Under the pieces are notes generated by a model that was given only the letters and a program-made list of their open reading frames with translations, searched no databases and was not told the origin of the DNA. Position numbers and translations under genes: made by a program. From the NCBI GenBank assembly GCA_025558095.1, contig JAIVFI010000001.1, forward strand, positions 1,488,001 through 1,552,000: a stretch of DNA of 64,000 nucleotides, given 5' to 3'. Of the stretch, positions 36,237 to 48,368 are shown piece by piece. The stretch is from Hyaloraphidium curvatum SAG 235-1 (taxonomy: Eukaryota; Fungi; Monoblepharomycota). Within the stretch, counting starts at the first letter, position 1. Each line of letters begins with the position of its first letter.

Positions 36237-36529
36237 CGGCGGGGAGAAGGGAGAAGGGGGGGGGGGGGGTGAGAGAACGCGAAACACAATGCTATCCGTC
36301 GTCCCCGGGTCCTGCAAGGGCGCCTCTACTGGAGGTTCTTCGCATGCCCAGATCCAGATCGGGATCACGGCTCAGTGGCGCTGCTAGCGAGAGGGTATGA
36401 GCATACGGTTCGATCTGCATGGCTGGCTCCCGCCAGTGGATCGACTTCCCTCCGCGTTCTTCCCCACGTCTCGCGGCCGAGCCTCCGCGCCGGGCCCGCC
36501 ACTCGAGCCTCCGCCGCACCCGCTGCGCG

Positions 36530-38343
36530 ATGGGCCTCTTCGGCGGCGAGTCGGACGGCGAGAAGCTGTTCAAGGCGTGCAAGGCCGGCGACGCCGCCCG
36601 CGTGCGCGAGCTGCTGCGGCAGCCGGGCGTCGACGTCAACTGGAAGAACTGGGCCGGCATGACCGGCTACATCTCGGCGTGCTCGGCGGGCTTCGTCGAC
36701 ATCGTGCGGCTGCTGCTCGACGACGGGCGCGTCAACGTGGACGCCAGGAACAACTACGAGTGGTCGGGGCTGGACGTCGCCCGCATGCGCGGGAAGCAGG
36801 ACGTCGTGCGCCTGATCGAGGAAAGGTACACGCCCGGCGGCGGGCTGGCGGCCGGGCTTCTGTTCGGCTCAAAACCGCTGACGCCGGTCGACGCCGGAGC
36901 GAGAGCCCGCGAAGAGGCTGCGAGGCAGGCGGAGCAAGCTAGGCTCGCGGAGGAGCAGCGGAATCGGGTGGAGGAGGAACGGCGCTTGAAGGAGGAACAG
37001 GCGAGGAGAGATGCCGCAGCGGGCGCCGCGAGGGAGGCAGAGGCCCGGCGGGCCCAGCTGGCCGCCGAGGAGCGGCGCAGGAGGGAGGAGCAGCTTCGGC
37101 AAGAGGCTATTCGCCGCCAGCAGGAGGAAGCGGACGCGAAGCGCGCCCGGGAGCTCGAACTCCGGCTCAAGGAGCTCGAAGTACGCGAGCGGGAAGCGGC
37201 ATTGCAGGCTCGGGCCAACGAAGCCATGTGGCCTCGTCCGCAGAGGGAGCCTTCCTGGAACGCCTCAGACGCCACCAGGATCCCCTCGCAGCACTCGGGC
37301 AACACCGGATCCAACGCCTCCACGGTGGCGGGCAGTCCCAGATCGGATCATGGTGCTTTTCTCTCAAAGCTCCGCATCACAAGGGACGAGGTCACATACT
37401 CGCCTGATTCGCTGCTTGGAGAAGGGTCGTTCGGCAAGGTGTACAGGGGGGTGCTGCGTGGCGCGACGCCGGTGGCCGTGAAGACGATCAAGGGCGACGT
37501 GACGCCGCGGATGGTCAAGATGTTCCTGGACGAGATCGCGGTGTGGGACGGGCTGACCCAGCGCAACAGTGGGCCGCGGCAGTGTCGGTCGTTTGTGCGG
37601 CCTTGAGCTGACCTCACGTCCCGTCCTCAGTCCTCCCTCTCCTCGCTTTCTGCGAATCGCCGCCGCTCATGATCTCCGAGCTCGTTGACGGCAGCATGCG
37701 CGACGTGCTCGACGACCACCGGTGGGACCAGGTCCTCGGCCTCAAGTGCCTCCGCGGGGTCGCCGCAGGTATGGCCTACCTCCACTCGTTCAAGATCCTG
37801 CACGGCGACCTCAAATGCGACAACATCATGATGGGTGCGTCGGCTTTCGGCGCTGCCATCGGCCAACCTGATCCACCGCCGTTCCGCAGACGCCGGCGTC
37901 CCCAAGATCGCCGACTTTGGCCTCGCCAAGGTCCGCACCCACCTCAGCCTCGGCTCCACCTCCCTGGGCGCCGAAGCAGGTGGCGGCGGCGGCACGCCCG
38001 CGTTCGCGGCGCCGGAGCTGTGGCGCGGGGCCAAGCTCCGTGCGCCGATGGACGTGTACGCCTTCGCGATGGTGTGCTACGAGGTCACGGACGAGGGGGG
38101 GATCCCGTTCATGGGGCTTTCGTTGGGGATGGTGGGCTCCGCCCGGAGCATCCGGCTCCGATGGTTTCTGACCGTCGTGGCCCGCAGCTCAAGGAGGCCG
38201 TGATCAACGGCGACCGGCCCGAACGCCCCGACGCGGCGAGCGACGGCATGTGGTCCCTGATGCAGCGCATGTGGGCGCAGAGTCCGGGGGACAGGCCGAC
38301 GTTCGTCGAGATCGGGCGGGAGATGGACGCGTGGCGGCGCTAG
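36530..38343 (+). CDS. ankyrin + coiled-coil + TKL-type protein kinase, about 4 exons
   Basis: LFKACKAGD..VRELLRQPGVDVN ankyrins; E/R-rich coil; GEGSFG, VAVK, HGDLKCDN, DFG, APE, DVYAF, RPTF. Confidence 0.88.
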
Positions 38344-38401
38344 ACTTCGCGAGCAGCCTCGGATCGGCCGAAAGAACCCGAAGGAATCAAGCTTTCCTCA
38401 A

Positions 38402-39561
38402 TCAAAGCTTCCCGCCCTTCAGCGGCCTGATCGTGTGCCTGCTCTCCACGGTCCCGAACGGCTCGTCCGCCACCACCGCGATCGTATCGGCCTCCATCCC
38501 GTCGTCCTCCACGAACGCCAGCATCGCCTCGACCACGCGCGCGGCGGTGGTCGACTTGACGGTGGCGAGGAAGGCGTCGGGGGTGGGGGGTAAGTTGGGT
38601 GGGAGCTAGTGGGGGAGGCGGTGAGCGCTGAGGAAGAGGGGGAGGGAGAGGGGCTCACGGGGATGCCGAGCTTCTTGGATTCCTCGTAGATGGACAGGTA
38701 CGCCTGAAGGTCGCGGGCGCCGTGCACCGAGCCCGTGAGCCAGCCTGGACGAGGGGCGGACATGGTCACAACGCGGCGACGAGTGGCTCCACTGACGGGG
38801 GGACCCACCGGGGCAGATGGCCGTGCTGCGGATGTTGTTCTGCTTCAGCAGGGGGTTGAGGGCGCGGATGAATGCGACCGTGAAGGCCTGCGCGCGGCAG
38901 CGGAGGTTGGGATCGTCATTCGACGAGCTGCCGGCGATGGGGTACCTTGGTGGCACCGTACGTCGGTTGAAGTGCAGCGGGATAGAAACCGCCCATGGAC
39001 GCGGTCTACCCGCAGGTCAGTGAAGCACCGCAAACGGGCAACCCGGCGGCACCCACGGTCAGGATGACCCCCGCCTTCTTGTCCTTTATGAACTCCTCCG
39101 CCGCGATCCGGCACCCGTACGCTACCGACGCGCAGTTGACGTTCACGAGCCGTTCGGTGATGGAAAAGACGTCGTCGCCGAACGGCGCGGGGACGAGACT
39201 CGACTGCGAGGAGCCGACGAGGAAGTTGCCGACCTGCCCGGCGGCAGCTGGGCACCGCGTTAGCTGCTCGGTCAACACATCGCCGGTGTCGCCTCGAACC
39301 GTTGTTAACCCAGACGTCTATCCTGCCGAAGCGGCGACGGGCGAGGTCGGCGAGCGCGCGGAGGTCCGACGGGCGGGAGACGTCGATCCGCGAGTAGGCG
39401 CAGCGCGGGCCGAGCTCGGCCGCGAGGGTTTCCAGGCCGGCGACGTTGACGTCGCCCACGGCCACGCGCGCGCCGCGGGAGACGACGGTGCGGGCGAGCT
39501 CGGCGCCGATGCCGGTGGCAGCGCCCGTTATCACGAAGACGCTATCGGAGGTGACTTTCAT
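38402..39561 (-). CDS. short-chain dehydrogenase/reductase, multi-exon
   Basis: VFVITGAATGIG, RIDVWVNN|AG, ICPG; final exon ends IRPLKGGKL*. Confidence 0.8.
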
Positions 39562-39665
39562 CGCGATAGACGCGCGCGCGGAAAGTTGGCTCTCAGAGGG
39601 CAGAGGGGGTCGGAGTCGGCGTCGGTTTGTTTATGAGGCGCTCCCGGGCCATCGACCCTGGCAAA

Positions 39666-41099
39666 ATGCGCCAGCATGGGCACGCGGACGAGGACGAGGA
39701 AACCAGGCGCGAGCTGTGGCGGCCCTTTGATCCCCTGGAGGTCGCGAAGACGGCGGCGGAGCACGTGCTCGCCCATTTTGCCCCCGAGTGGAAGCGACAC
39801 GTGGCGGTCCACTCCGACCCCGGCGCCGCCCAGATCTCCTTCCCCAAGGCCGACCACGTGCCTTCGCACGCCCACTCTGCAAAGCTGGCGGCACCCCACT
39901 GCGTCACGGGCGAACAGGCCGACTGCCTGGGCGTCGAGGCCAAGCTCATCGAGGCGCTGGCTTTCGGGTGCTTCCACCATGCCGAGGGCGGCAAGCCCGA
40001 CAACCCGCGCACGCTCGCGGCGCCGTTCTTTGCGACCCTGAAGTGCCCGATGGTCGACCCGCCCGACGACATCGCCGCCGGCTTCCTCGCAATCGTGTTT
40101 GTGCGCCTCTATCCTTTCCTCCGCTCGTGCGTCGCCGCAAGCGTCGACCCCGTCCGCCGCCGCGCGTGGGGAGCGTGGGTTCCGGGTGACCCGCCCGCCC
40201 GCAGATCGGCATTCGCCAACCTGCTCTACGACGCCGTCTTCTCCTTCCCTGCGAGCGTCGCCATCCGCATCCTCCGCGCGCTCGCCGAGTCGCGCCCCGT
40301 CCGCAGGCGCATCGCCGAGGACCCAGCCCTGCTCGAAGGCGTCGCCTCGTACGCCGCTTGCCACCCCTGGCTCTCCTCGATGCGGTACGCCGTCGCCCTC
40401 CGCGACGCCTCTGTCGGCAGGGTCGGCTCCCCGAAGCGAGCCGAGCGCTTCCGCGAGGTCCGCCACGCGGCCGGGCGCGCCCGCGAGACAATCGAACCAG
40501 CGCTGGAGCTCCTCGAGATCGCCTGCGCGGCGAACCCCCGGCCGTGGCAGGACAGGATTGCCGCCCGCGGCGCGTTCGAGATCGAGGCCGCGCTGGACGA
40601 GCTGAGGGAGGTGATCGCCCTGCGCCCGGACGCGTCGCCGGGGCCGGGTGCCGATAGCGAGGTGGCGGAGGAGTGGGACGCGCACGGGCGCAGGATCGCG
40701 TTCGTGGTGAGGAGGCTGGGACTCGAGAGCGGCGTCTTCGCCGGCAACGGAGCCGGGTCCTCCTCTACCGCTGCCGCACCCTCGGCCGCCTCGTCCGACG
40801 CTGATGCCGACGAGCTCGATGGCATCTTCTCCCGCCTCCGTATCACGGGCATCATCCCCGACTCGTGCGACGATTGCGCCGAAGAGTCGGGCGACGGCAC
40901 CCTGCTCAAGCGGTGCGGGCGGTGCAAGTCGGCCCGGTACTGCTCCTTGGCGTGCCAGAAGCGGGCGTGGCTGGCACACAAGGCGGACTGCTTCGATGCG
41001 GGGGAGCTCAAGGACGGCTACGCAGCAGGGGAGGTGGTCAAGGGCGGGTGGAGGGTGAGGGTGAAGGACCTGGTGCATTCGGGGTTCAAGTGCAATTGA
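39666..41099 (+). CDS. MYND zinc-finger protein
   Basis: C-terminal CDDC..LKRCGRCKSARYCSLACQKRAWLAHKADC; start codon uncertain. Confidence 0.8.
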   Translation: MRQHGHADEDEETRRELWRPFDPLEVAKTAAEHVLAHFAPEWKRHVAVHSDPGAAQISFPKADHVPSHAHSAKLAAPHCVTGEQADCLGVEAKLIEALAFGCFHHAEGGKPDNPRTLAAPFFATLKCPMVDPPDDIAAGFLAIVFVRLYPFLRSCVAASVDPVRRRAWGAWVPGDPPARRSAFANLLYDAVFSFPASVAIRILRALAESRPVRRRIAEDPALLEGVASYAACHPWLSSMRYAVALRDASVGRVGSPKRAERFREVRHAAGRARETIEPALELLEIACAANPRPWQDRIAARGAFEIEAALDELREVIALRPDASPGPGADSEVAEEWDAHGRRIAFVVRRLGLESGVFAGNGAGSSSTAAAPSAASSDADADELDGIFSRLRITGIIPDSCDDCAEESGDGTLLKRCGRCKSARYCSLACQKRAWLAHKADCFDAGELKDGYAAGEVVKGGWRVRVKDLVHSGFKCN

Positions 41100-41310
41100 A
41101 TCTCCATCGGAGCTGAACTGTGGTCTGATCGGCCTTGTAGATAGGATTCCATTCAATGAGACGTCTCTTTCCCGCTCGTTCGGAGTGGCCGATCGGTGGT
41201 TGCTTGGCCACAGTCGTTCGGACCCGTCGCCACCCCACGCCGCCCACTCTAACTCCGGCGTGTCTCCCACCGGCCAACGCGCCCCCACCTGCCCCAAGGA
41301 ACGACAAACC

Positions 41311-44025
41311 ATGGGACGCATTCGTGCGCAGCTCCCCCGCGCTCCCAACGGCGGCTATGCCGGCCCCGGTGAGCCGCCCGACGCCGCCGGAATCCCCGCC
41401 GCGCCTGACTTGTTGGCGCAACCCTCGCAGACCCGAAGTTCTTCTACGACCCGCTGGACGACAAGCGCCCGCTGCTCGACATTGCCGCCCCCACCGAGGC
41501 CGATGTCGAGACGTTCCACCTCGCGCCCCCGCAGCCCTACCCCGAAGGCAAGGAAATCCGGCGGCTGGACGTGACCTGCATCGGCACGGGGATGGCCGGG
41601 ATCACGCTGGCCCAGCTCGCTCAGTGGCGCCTGAAGAACGTGAATCTCAAGATCTTTGAGAAGAACAAGAAGCCGACGGGGACGTGGTGTGGGTGTTTCG
41701 TTGCTCGCGGATGAGCGGACCGGTGCTGATGGTCTCTTCGTTGCAGACGAGAACAAGTAGTTGGTGTCGACGCGTGCTGCCAGGTTTGCCTTGCCTCACC
41801 CTGTCCCCAGCCCCGGATGCCGCTGCGACCTGGCCGCGCACTTCTACGTCTGGAGGTGAGCAGCCCGCGTCGCTGCGGGCGGGATGACGCTGACTTTGCT
41901 GCAGATGGGAACCCAACCCGACGTGGACGGCCGAATGTGCGCCCGACCCCGCGATCACCCAAGTCCGCGCCGCTCACCTCCCCTCCCTCAGACGTCGAGT
42001 CGGACGAGATCGAAAAGTACTTTGCCCGCATGATGGAAAAGTACAACGTCGGCTCCTTCACGACCTACAACGCCGAGGTGCTCTCGATGACCTGGGTCGA
42101 GGAGCGCGCGGCGTGGAAGCTCGAGGTCAAGACGGCCGACGGGATCGTGGAGGACTGGACGCACGTGATCGTCAACGTGGGTGGTGTGCCGGGGATGGGT
42201 ATTGGCTCTGAGGTTGATGGCGTTCGGTGCAGGGGCACGGCATCCTGAACCGGCCCAAGATCCCCAAGTTCGAGGGCGAGGAGAACTACAAGGGCAAGAT
42301 CCTGCACACCGCCCGGTTCGACCGGTTCGTGGGACCGCGCACGACCTCGATCCGCGGCTCTGACGATCCGACAGCTCCGTTCCGCTCGAAGGCAAGAAGG
42401 TGGCCGTCATCGGCAACGGCTCCTCGGGTACGGCCTCCTTCGCCCTCACCATTTCATCACTGATGCCCACTCCTCTTCCAGGCATCCAGACCATCGGCTC
42501 GATCGGGTACAAGGTTGCCGAGCTTCATAGCTACCAGCGGTCCAACACCTGGATCACCAACCAGCTCGGCACCATCGACAAGATCGGTGCGCGGTCCTTC
42601 CCCGCCCTCCCCTTCTCCGACTTACCGCCCACCCCGCGCAGATGTGCACAAGTTCAACCCCGACGAAGTCAAGCACTTCTCGGACCGCAAGAACGCCCTG
42701 GACTTCTTCAAGGGCCAGTGGCTGGCCTTCGACTCGGCCTGGCCCATGTTCATCCTCGGGTCCGCCGAGAGCGAGGCCGCGACGATGGGCGCCAAGGTCA
42801 ACCTGGAGAAGCTGGTCAGGGACCCGGCGCTGAGGGAGATGCTCACGCCGACATGTGGGTTCCTCCTTTGCTTGGGGAGACGGTATTCGGGGGCTGACAC
42901 TGGTCCGCAGATCCCGTCGGGTGCCGCAGGCTGACGCCTCACGAGCACTACTTCGAGGTGCTGCAGCTCCCGACCACGACCATCGTCAAGACGCCCATCG
43001 AGCGGTTCACGGAGAAGGGGATCGTGAGCGGCGGCGTCGAGCGCGAGTGCGACGTGATCATCAAGGCCACCGGGTTCGACGTTGGGTGGGTTGCGGGCTC
43101 ATGAATTACTTCACCGCGACTCTGACGATGCAATCCGTGCCTTCCTTGACAGCTACGTGCCGATCATCAAGATCACGGGCAGGGGAGGCAGGACGCTGCA
43201 GGAGGAGTACAAGGAGTACCCGTGGACCTACAAGTCGGTCATGAACAGCGGGGTGGGTGGCTTGCAAAGGCGCTGCGGGATCGTGGCTAAGCGCACCATG
43301 ATGATCAGTTCCCCAACTTCTTCCACGTGATGGTGGGTCACGGTTGATCGCGGGTGACTGCAAGGGGCTCACCGTACTCTTCATCTGACCCGCAGGGACC
43401 CAACGCGCCCGTCGCCTCCAACTCGATCCACAGTGAGCCAGCCCGCACTCCCGAAACGACGACCGCTCACCACCTCTCCCCCAGTGCTCGAGGAGCAGCA
43501 AATCGCCTACGCCGTCCAGGTCATGAAGCACCTCCAGACCACCGACCTCGTCGCGCTGGACCCCAAAATGGACGTGCAGAAGGCGTGGCACGACGGCATC
43601 CAGGAGCGGCTCAAGCAGACCATCTGGCACATCGACTGCGGCGGCTGGTGCGTCGTCTCGCATCGTTCGTGCACGGGCCGCCGTTGACGATGCTGACCGC
43701 CCGCCAGGTACCGGCACAAGTCGGGGATCCTCACGAGCCACTACCCGGGGCCCTCGATCGAGTACATGGACGAGCTGTTTGCCCCGAAATGGGACGACTT
43801 CAACCAGGTCAAGCTGTCGGACGTGGGTAACGGAGCGCGTGAGAATTGCTTGCGGATACTGACTTTTGCGATCGACAGCTCAAGGACCCCGAGCAGAACA
43901 AGATCTCGAACCCGAAGTTCGGCGCGGACGTGGAGAAGGTGGCCGAGATCGGTCCCCCGCGCGAGCCCAAGATCCCCGAGGGCGCAGATGGTGTGGCCGA
44001 CAAGCTGGCGGCGACGTCGATCTGA
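41311..44025 (+). CDS. flavin-containing / Baeyer-Villiger monooxygenase, about 17 exons
   Basis: IGTGMAG, GTW|YENKY|PGCRCD, YKGKILHTARF, VAVIGNGSS|G, VGCRRLTP, ATGFD, FPNFF, CGGW|Y. Confidence 0.9.
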
Positions 44026-44133
44026 GTAATCGAGTAGAGATTCGTGTGTTTGCGAGGCCTTTGGAATGCAGCGACGTTGTTCACCGGTGATGAGTTCGGC
44101 GCCTCCAAAACCCAACGAGAGAGAAAAAGCACG

Positions 44134-45072
44134 ATGGCCGCTCCCCGCCCTACTCCGCACCCGGTGTTCACCGCGAAACTCTGCAAGGACGTCGCCGTTC
44201 CGCGCCTCTCGTTTTCCGAGCTCGCCACGGGCCTCTACGACGTGCTGCACCCGCTCATCCCCTCCGAGGACGCGCGTTTCCTTATGGTCCCCAAGGTCAC
44301 CAACATGGCGCTCGTCTGTCTCGGCCTCAGGCAGGCGTGCTTCATCTCGTTCTGGGAGTGCTTCCACGACGAGCTGGCGGCGCGCATGGGCGGCGCGGGA
44401 GCAACTGCCCTCGGCTGGCTCGAGAAGAACGGCGCGATCGACGGCAAGCGCGTCTCCATCATGATCGGGCCCAGGTTCGATTTCGTTCTCTACCGGAAGG
44501 AACAGCGTCACAACCACGGACGTGCTCGCGGGCAAGTCCGTAATGGGGTACACGAAAGACGGGCCGAACAAGGATCTGTGGCTGCCGGCGGCACGCGTCC
44601 TGGGCTATCCGATCTTTACCGTGCACCCGGAGGAGCTCGATGCAGGGGACCAGTGGCGCTTGCGGTGCGACGCGGTGTTCGAGGATCTCGGGCTCGGCGA
44701 CAGGCCCGATCGGGGCAAGAGCGCGGCGCTCTACCACGCACGCTACAGCGAAGTGGACCTCGAAAGGGCTCAGGAAGATGTGCAGAGGCATGCAGATGCG
44801 CTGAATGCTGCCATCGCCGGGGAAGTGGTCGCCGGTTTCCGGATCCACCGCGTGGACGTCCTGGTCGACAACCTGGCCGAGGCCCTGGCTGACAGCGAAT
44901 CAAGGGACCGGAAGAAAAGCGTCAAGGGAGCAAAGTGGGATCCTTCGGCGGAAGATGGCAATAAGCAGCCCGGCGAAGACCTTGCGGCGATTTGTCGGAT
45001 GCCTTGCGCAGGTTGAGCAAGTCAAGCAGCGGTGCGACGGAAATCTTCGAAGAGGACGGAGAGGCCTTCTGA
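44134..45072 (+). pseudogene. family B copy 3, frameshifted
   Basis: +1 base at ~44504 (AAG GAA CAG CGT vs paralogue AAG GAG CGC GTG); second shift near 45000 before the homologous tail SKSSSGATEIFEEDGEAF*. Confidence 0.7.
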
Positions 45073-45159
45073 AGGCAGTTTGAATGGTGGGCTTAGATCG
45101 CATATTGAGACCAGTTACATCAAGGCAATCAGTGTGTATGTCTCCAGTTCCCTCCGCCG

Positions 45160-45636
45160 CTAGAATGCCTTCAGCTCGCTCTTTGGCGCAAAGTTGCACT
45201 TGACGCCCGCCAGCAACGCGGCGCCCCTCACGCGCACCCATCTGTCCTGTGCCTGGTCCGCGGACACCCCGGCGTAGAACACCCGCTCGTCCCGGTACCC
45301 GCCCAGGATCCCAATGCCGTCCACGACGACCTTCACGTCCGGGGGCGCGACGACGCGCACAGAGCCGCAGAGAGCGTACGCTTCGACGACGGTCTCGCCG
45401 GGAGGGAGCAGTGCGCCGCGGAGGTCGACGGTGGTGCCGCCAGCCAGGGCGGCGGCGACGATGTGCCGCGGCGGGGCCTTGCCGGCGTACCGCAGGTGCG
45501 TCTTTATGGGAAAAGTGGAGAAGCCGAAGGGCGCGCCGGTCTCGGGCGCGTCGGTGCGGGGCGGCGGGGGCGGGGCGGCGGTGTAGGCCGGGGCAGCCTC
45601 GAAGGCGGGGGCGGCGTCGGTGTGCTTGGAGTCCAT
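45160..45636 (-). CDS. small protein resembling the bacterial LiaF-C/DUF2154-type beta domain, copy 1
   Basis: ALAGGTTVDLRGALLPPGETVVEAYALCGSVRVVAPPDVKVVVDGIGILGG..VRVRGAALLAGV; intronless. Confidence 0.65.
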   Translation of the reverse strand: MDSKHTDAAPAFEAAPAYTAAPPPPPRTDAPETGAPFGFSTFPIKTHLRYAGKAPPRHIVAAALAGGTTVDLRGALLPPGETVVEAYALCGSVRVVAPPDVKVVVDGIGILGGYRDERVFYAGVSADQAQDRWVRVRGAALLAGVKCNFAPKSELKAF

Positions 45637-46053
45637 CGCGGTTTCGGTTGGTTTGAGAGAAGAGAGGCGACAGGCGAGAGGTATCAGAGAAGGCTGCTTC
45701 GCTTGATGATGCTCCGACAGTCCATCGGGCCCGTTTATCTATGTTTGTGGGGTTCTCGCGGCGGAACGTTCGCGGGCGGTGCGTTGCACTGCCTCAGCCA
45801 CAAGGTCGCGAGAACCTCGCCGTCGCAAAAACTCCCACGTCTGCGGCCGTCCAGACATCGCAGGAGGGGCGACGATAAACCTGGAGAACCGCAGCAGCAG
45901 CAGGGGTAATCTTTCAACCGAAGTGGAAGCACGGAGTCCTTCCCAGTCTACGGCTCAAATGGTCATCGCAAGGCAAGGGTATCTGTTTGACCTTTCGCAG
46001 TCTCAGTTGCTCACTACTCGTTGATGAGGTTCCGCTTACTACTCCTTGTGTGC

Positions 46054-46977
46054 TCAGACGTCGCCTTCACCATCTTCGAAGACTTCCGTCTTCCCGCTGC
46101 TGGACTTGCTGAACCTCGCCGCGGCCTCCGCCCCAACCGAGCTGAAGACTTCGTAGGGCTGCTCGCTCTCCTTCGCCAGGTGATCCCACTTGACGCCCTC
46201 GATGCCCTTCAGGTGATCCAACCAATCCCGGTTCGCCATCGCCTCGGCCCAGTTGGTCTCCACCCGATCGATCCGGAACCCGGCGATCTCCTGTCCGGCA
46301 ATGGCCGCGTTCAGCAAATCCGTGTGCCGTTCGACCTATTCCTTGGCCCGCTCGAGGTCCGCCTTGCCGTACCGCGCGTGGTAGAGGGCCGACCTCGTGG
46401 TCCCCTCGTCGCCGGCGTTCCCGAGATCCTTAAACACCGCCGCGCACTGCACCCGCCACTGGTCCCCGGCTTTGAGCTCCTCAGGATGCACCGTGAAGAT
46501 CGGGTAGCCCAGCACGCGCGCCGCCGGGAGCCACAGATCCCTGCCCGGCCCGTCCCTCGCGTAGCCCATCGCCCGCATGCCCGCGAGCACGTCCGCGGTC
46601 GTCACGCGCTCCTTCCGGTACAGCACGAAATCCTGCCTCTGGCCGATCATGAGGGAGACCCGCCGGCCGTCGATCGCGCCGTTCTTCTCGAGCCAGCCAA
46701 GGGCGCTGACGGCCGCGCCGCCCATGCGGTTCGCCAGCTCGTCGTGGAAGCACTCCCAGAAGGCGATGTGGCACGCCTGCCTGAGGCCGAGACAGACGAG
46801 CGCCATGTTGGTGACCTTGGGGAGGACCAGGGTGCGCGAGGCCCCAGAGGGAATGAGCGGGTAAAGCACGTCGTAGAGGCCCGTGGCGAGCTCGGAAAAC
46901 GAGAGGCGTGGGACAGCAACGTCTCTGCCAAGTTTCGATGTGAACACCGGGTGCGGAGGAGGGCGAGGAGGGGCCAT
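46054..46977 (-). pseudogene. family B copy 4 with a premature stop
   Basis: In-frame TAG at 46336-46338 (AKE*VERHTDLLNAAIAG vs ARKEIEEHANVLNAAIAG in copy 1). Confidence 0.7.
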
Positions 46978-47494
46978 CGTGCTTTTCTCGGGCTTGTTTA
47001 CAGCGAGGCGTTCGCTCCCCGCGACGCTTCGAATCACGACCAAAACAAAGCACCAAACACAGTTCTCGAACCGGGCATACATTCGTATTCTTTCATTTCT
47101 CATTGCTGGACGTGATTTCAATTGTCTCCCAACTCCCCCCATTGAGCGGCTTTGTTCTGTGCCGTTCTTCACGAACGGCCTGTCCGCAACCAGTCTGAAA
47201 TGTATCCTCCGTCGAAGACTTTATCTGCTATGGCCGCGGCGGCCCAATCTTTGTGGTAGGCCACATCTAGGAGCGTCCGGACGGCCGCGAGACGTGGGAG
47301 TTTTCGCGACGGCGAGGTTCTCGCGATATGTGGCTGAGGCAGTGCAGCGCACCGCCCGCGAACCTTCCGCCGCGAGAACCGCCGCGTACATAGATAAACG
47401 GCCCGGGTGACCGGTCAGAGCATCATCAAGCGAAGCAGACTTCTCTGCCAACTCTCAACTCTCCCCTCTCTTCTCTCAATCAACCGAATCCGCG

Positions 47495-47971
47495 ATGGAC
47501 TCCAAGCACACCGACGCCGCCCCCGCCTTCGAGGCTGCCCCGGCCTACACCGCCGCCCCGCCCCCGCCGCCCCGCACCGACGCGCCCGAGACCGGCGCGC
47601 CCTTCGGTTTCTCCACTTTCCCCATAAAGACGCACCTGCGGTACGCCGGCAAGGCCCCGCCCCGGCATATCGTCGCCGCCGCCCTGGCCGGCGGCACCAC
47701 CGTCGACCTCCGCGGCGCACTGCTGCCCCCCGGCGAGACCGTCGTCGAGGCGTACGCGCTGTGCGGCTCGGTGCGGGTTGTCGCCCCCCCGGACGTGAAG
47801 GTCGTCGTCGACGGCATTGGGATCCTGGGCGGGTACCGCGACGAGCGCGTGTTCTACGCCGGCGTGCCCGCGGACCAGGCGCAGGACAGATGGGTGCGCG
47901 TGAGGGGCGCCGCGCTACTGGCGGGCGTCAAGTGCAACTTTGCGCCAAAGAGCGAGCTGAAGGTCTTTTGA
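47495..47971 (+). CDS. LiaF-C/DUF2154-like small protein, copy 2
   Basis: Near-identical inverted copy of 45160-45636. Confidence 0.65.
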   Translation: MDSKHTDAAPAFEAAPAYTAAPPPPPRTDAPETGAPFGFSTFPIKTHLRYAGKAPPRHIVAAALAGGTTVDLRGALLPPGETVVEAYALCGSVRVVAPPDVKVVVDGIGILGGYRDERVFYAGVPADQAQDRWVRVRGAALLAGVKCNFAPKSELKVF

Positions 47972-48368
47972 GCTGCCGGGCGAACTCGCGGAGGCCTTGC
48001 CGGACCCCAACACCTCGATGTGAACGTCGAATGTGATTGCATCATGCGAATACCAGTGCCAGAAGAGCTGCAAGTTGCCCATGTGGCCGACGTCCATCGC
48101 CCGTTTGTTCGATGTGGCGGCGCAGGACCAACCTTGCGAATGGCCCGACACGACGAGCCCCACCTTGCCCTGCGGCTGCCATCCATGCATTGTCAGAGCA
48201 GCAGCGTGTTGTAGGATAAATTCCTGTCCGCGCGAAGTCGCCGGATCAGGCCCACTGCCCCTTTTTCTTCCTTCCGCACGGTCTCCCGGAATCGGGGATC
48301 CACCAACGCCACCTCCGCGTCTCCATTTTTCCCCCCGGCCCGCCCCCGCACCGCATCACCGCCCCGCC

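Larger units (their letters stand above)
45160..47971. repeat. inverted duplication with arms of about 700 bp (45160-~45855 and ~47275-47971)
   Basis: The two 158-aa ORFs differ at 2 residues; about 220 bp of upstream sequence also matches as reverse complement. Confidence 0.9.

Noticed and set aside
36256-36269. G14 homopolymer downstream of the GT71 gene
   Set aside because: Simple intergenic run with no supportable function
46336-46338. In-frame TAG (also ~28602) as stop-codon reassignment
   Set aside because: TAG terminates intact genes here (38343, 49165, 51006, 55273); a nonsense mutation is simpler
45160-47971. Inverted repeat as a DNA transposon with TIRs
   Set aside because: The arms are duplicated genes plus promoters; no transposase or clear target-site duplication seen
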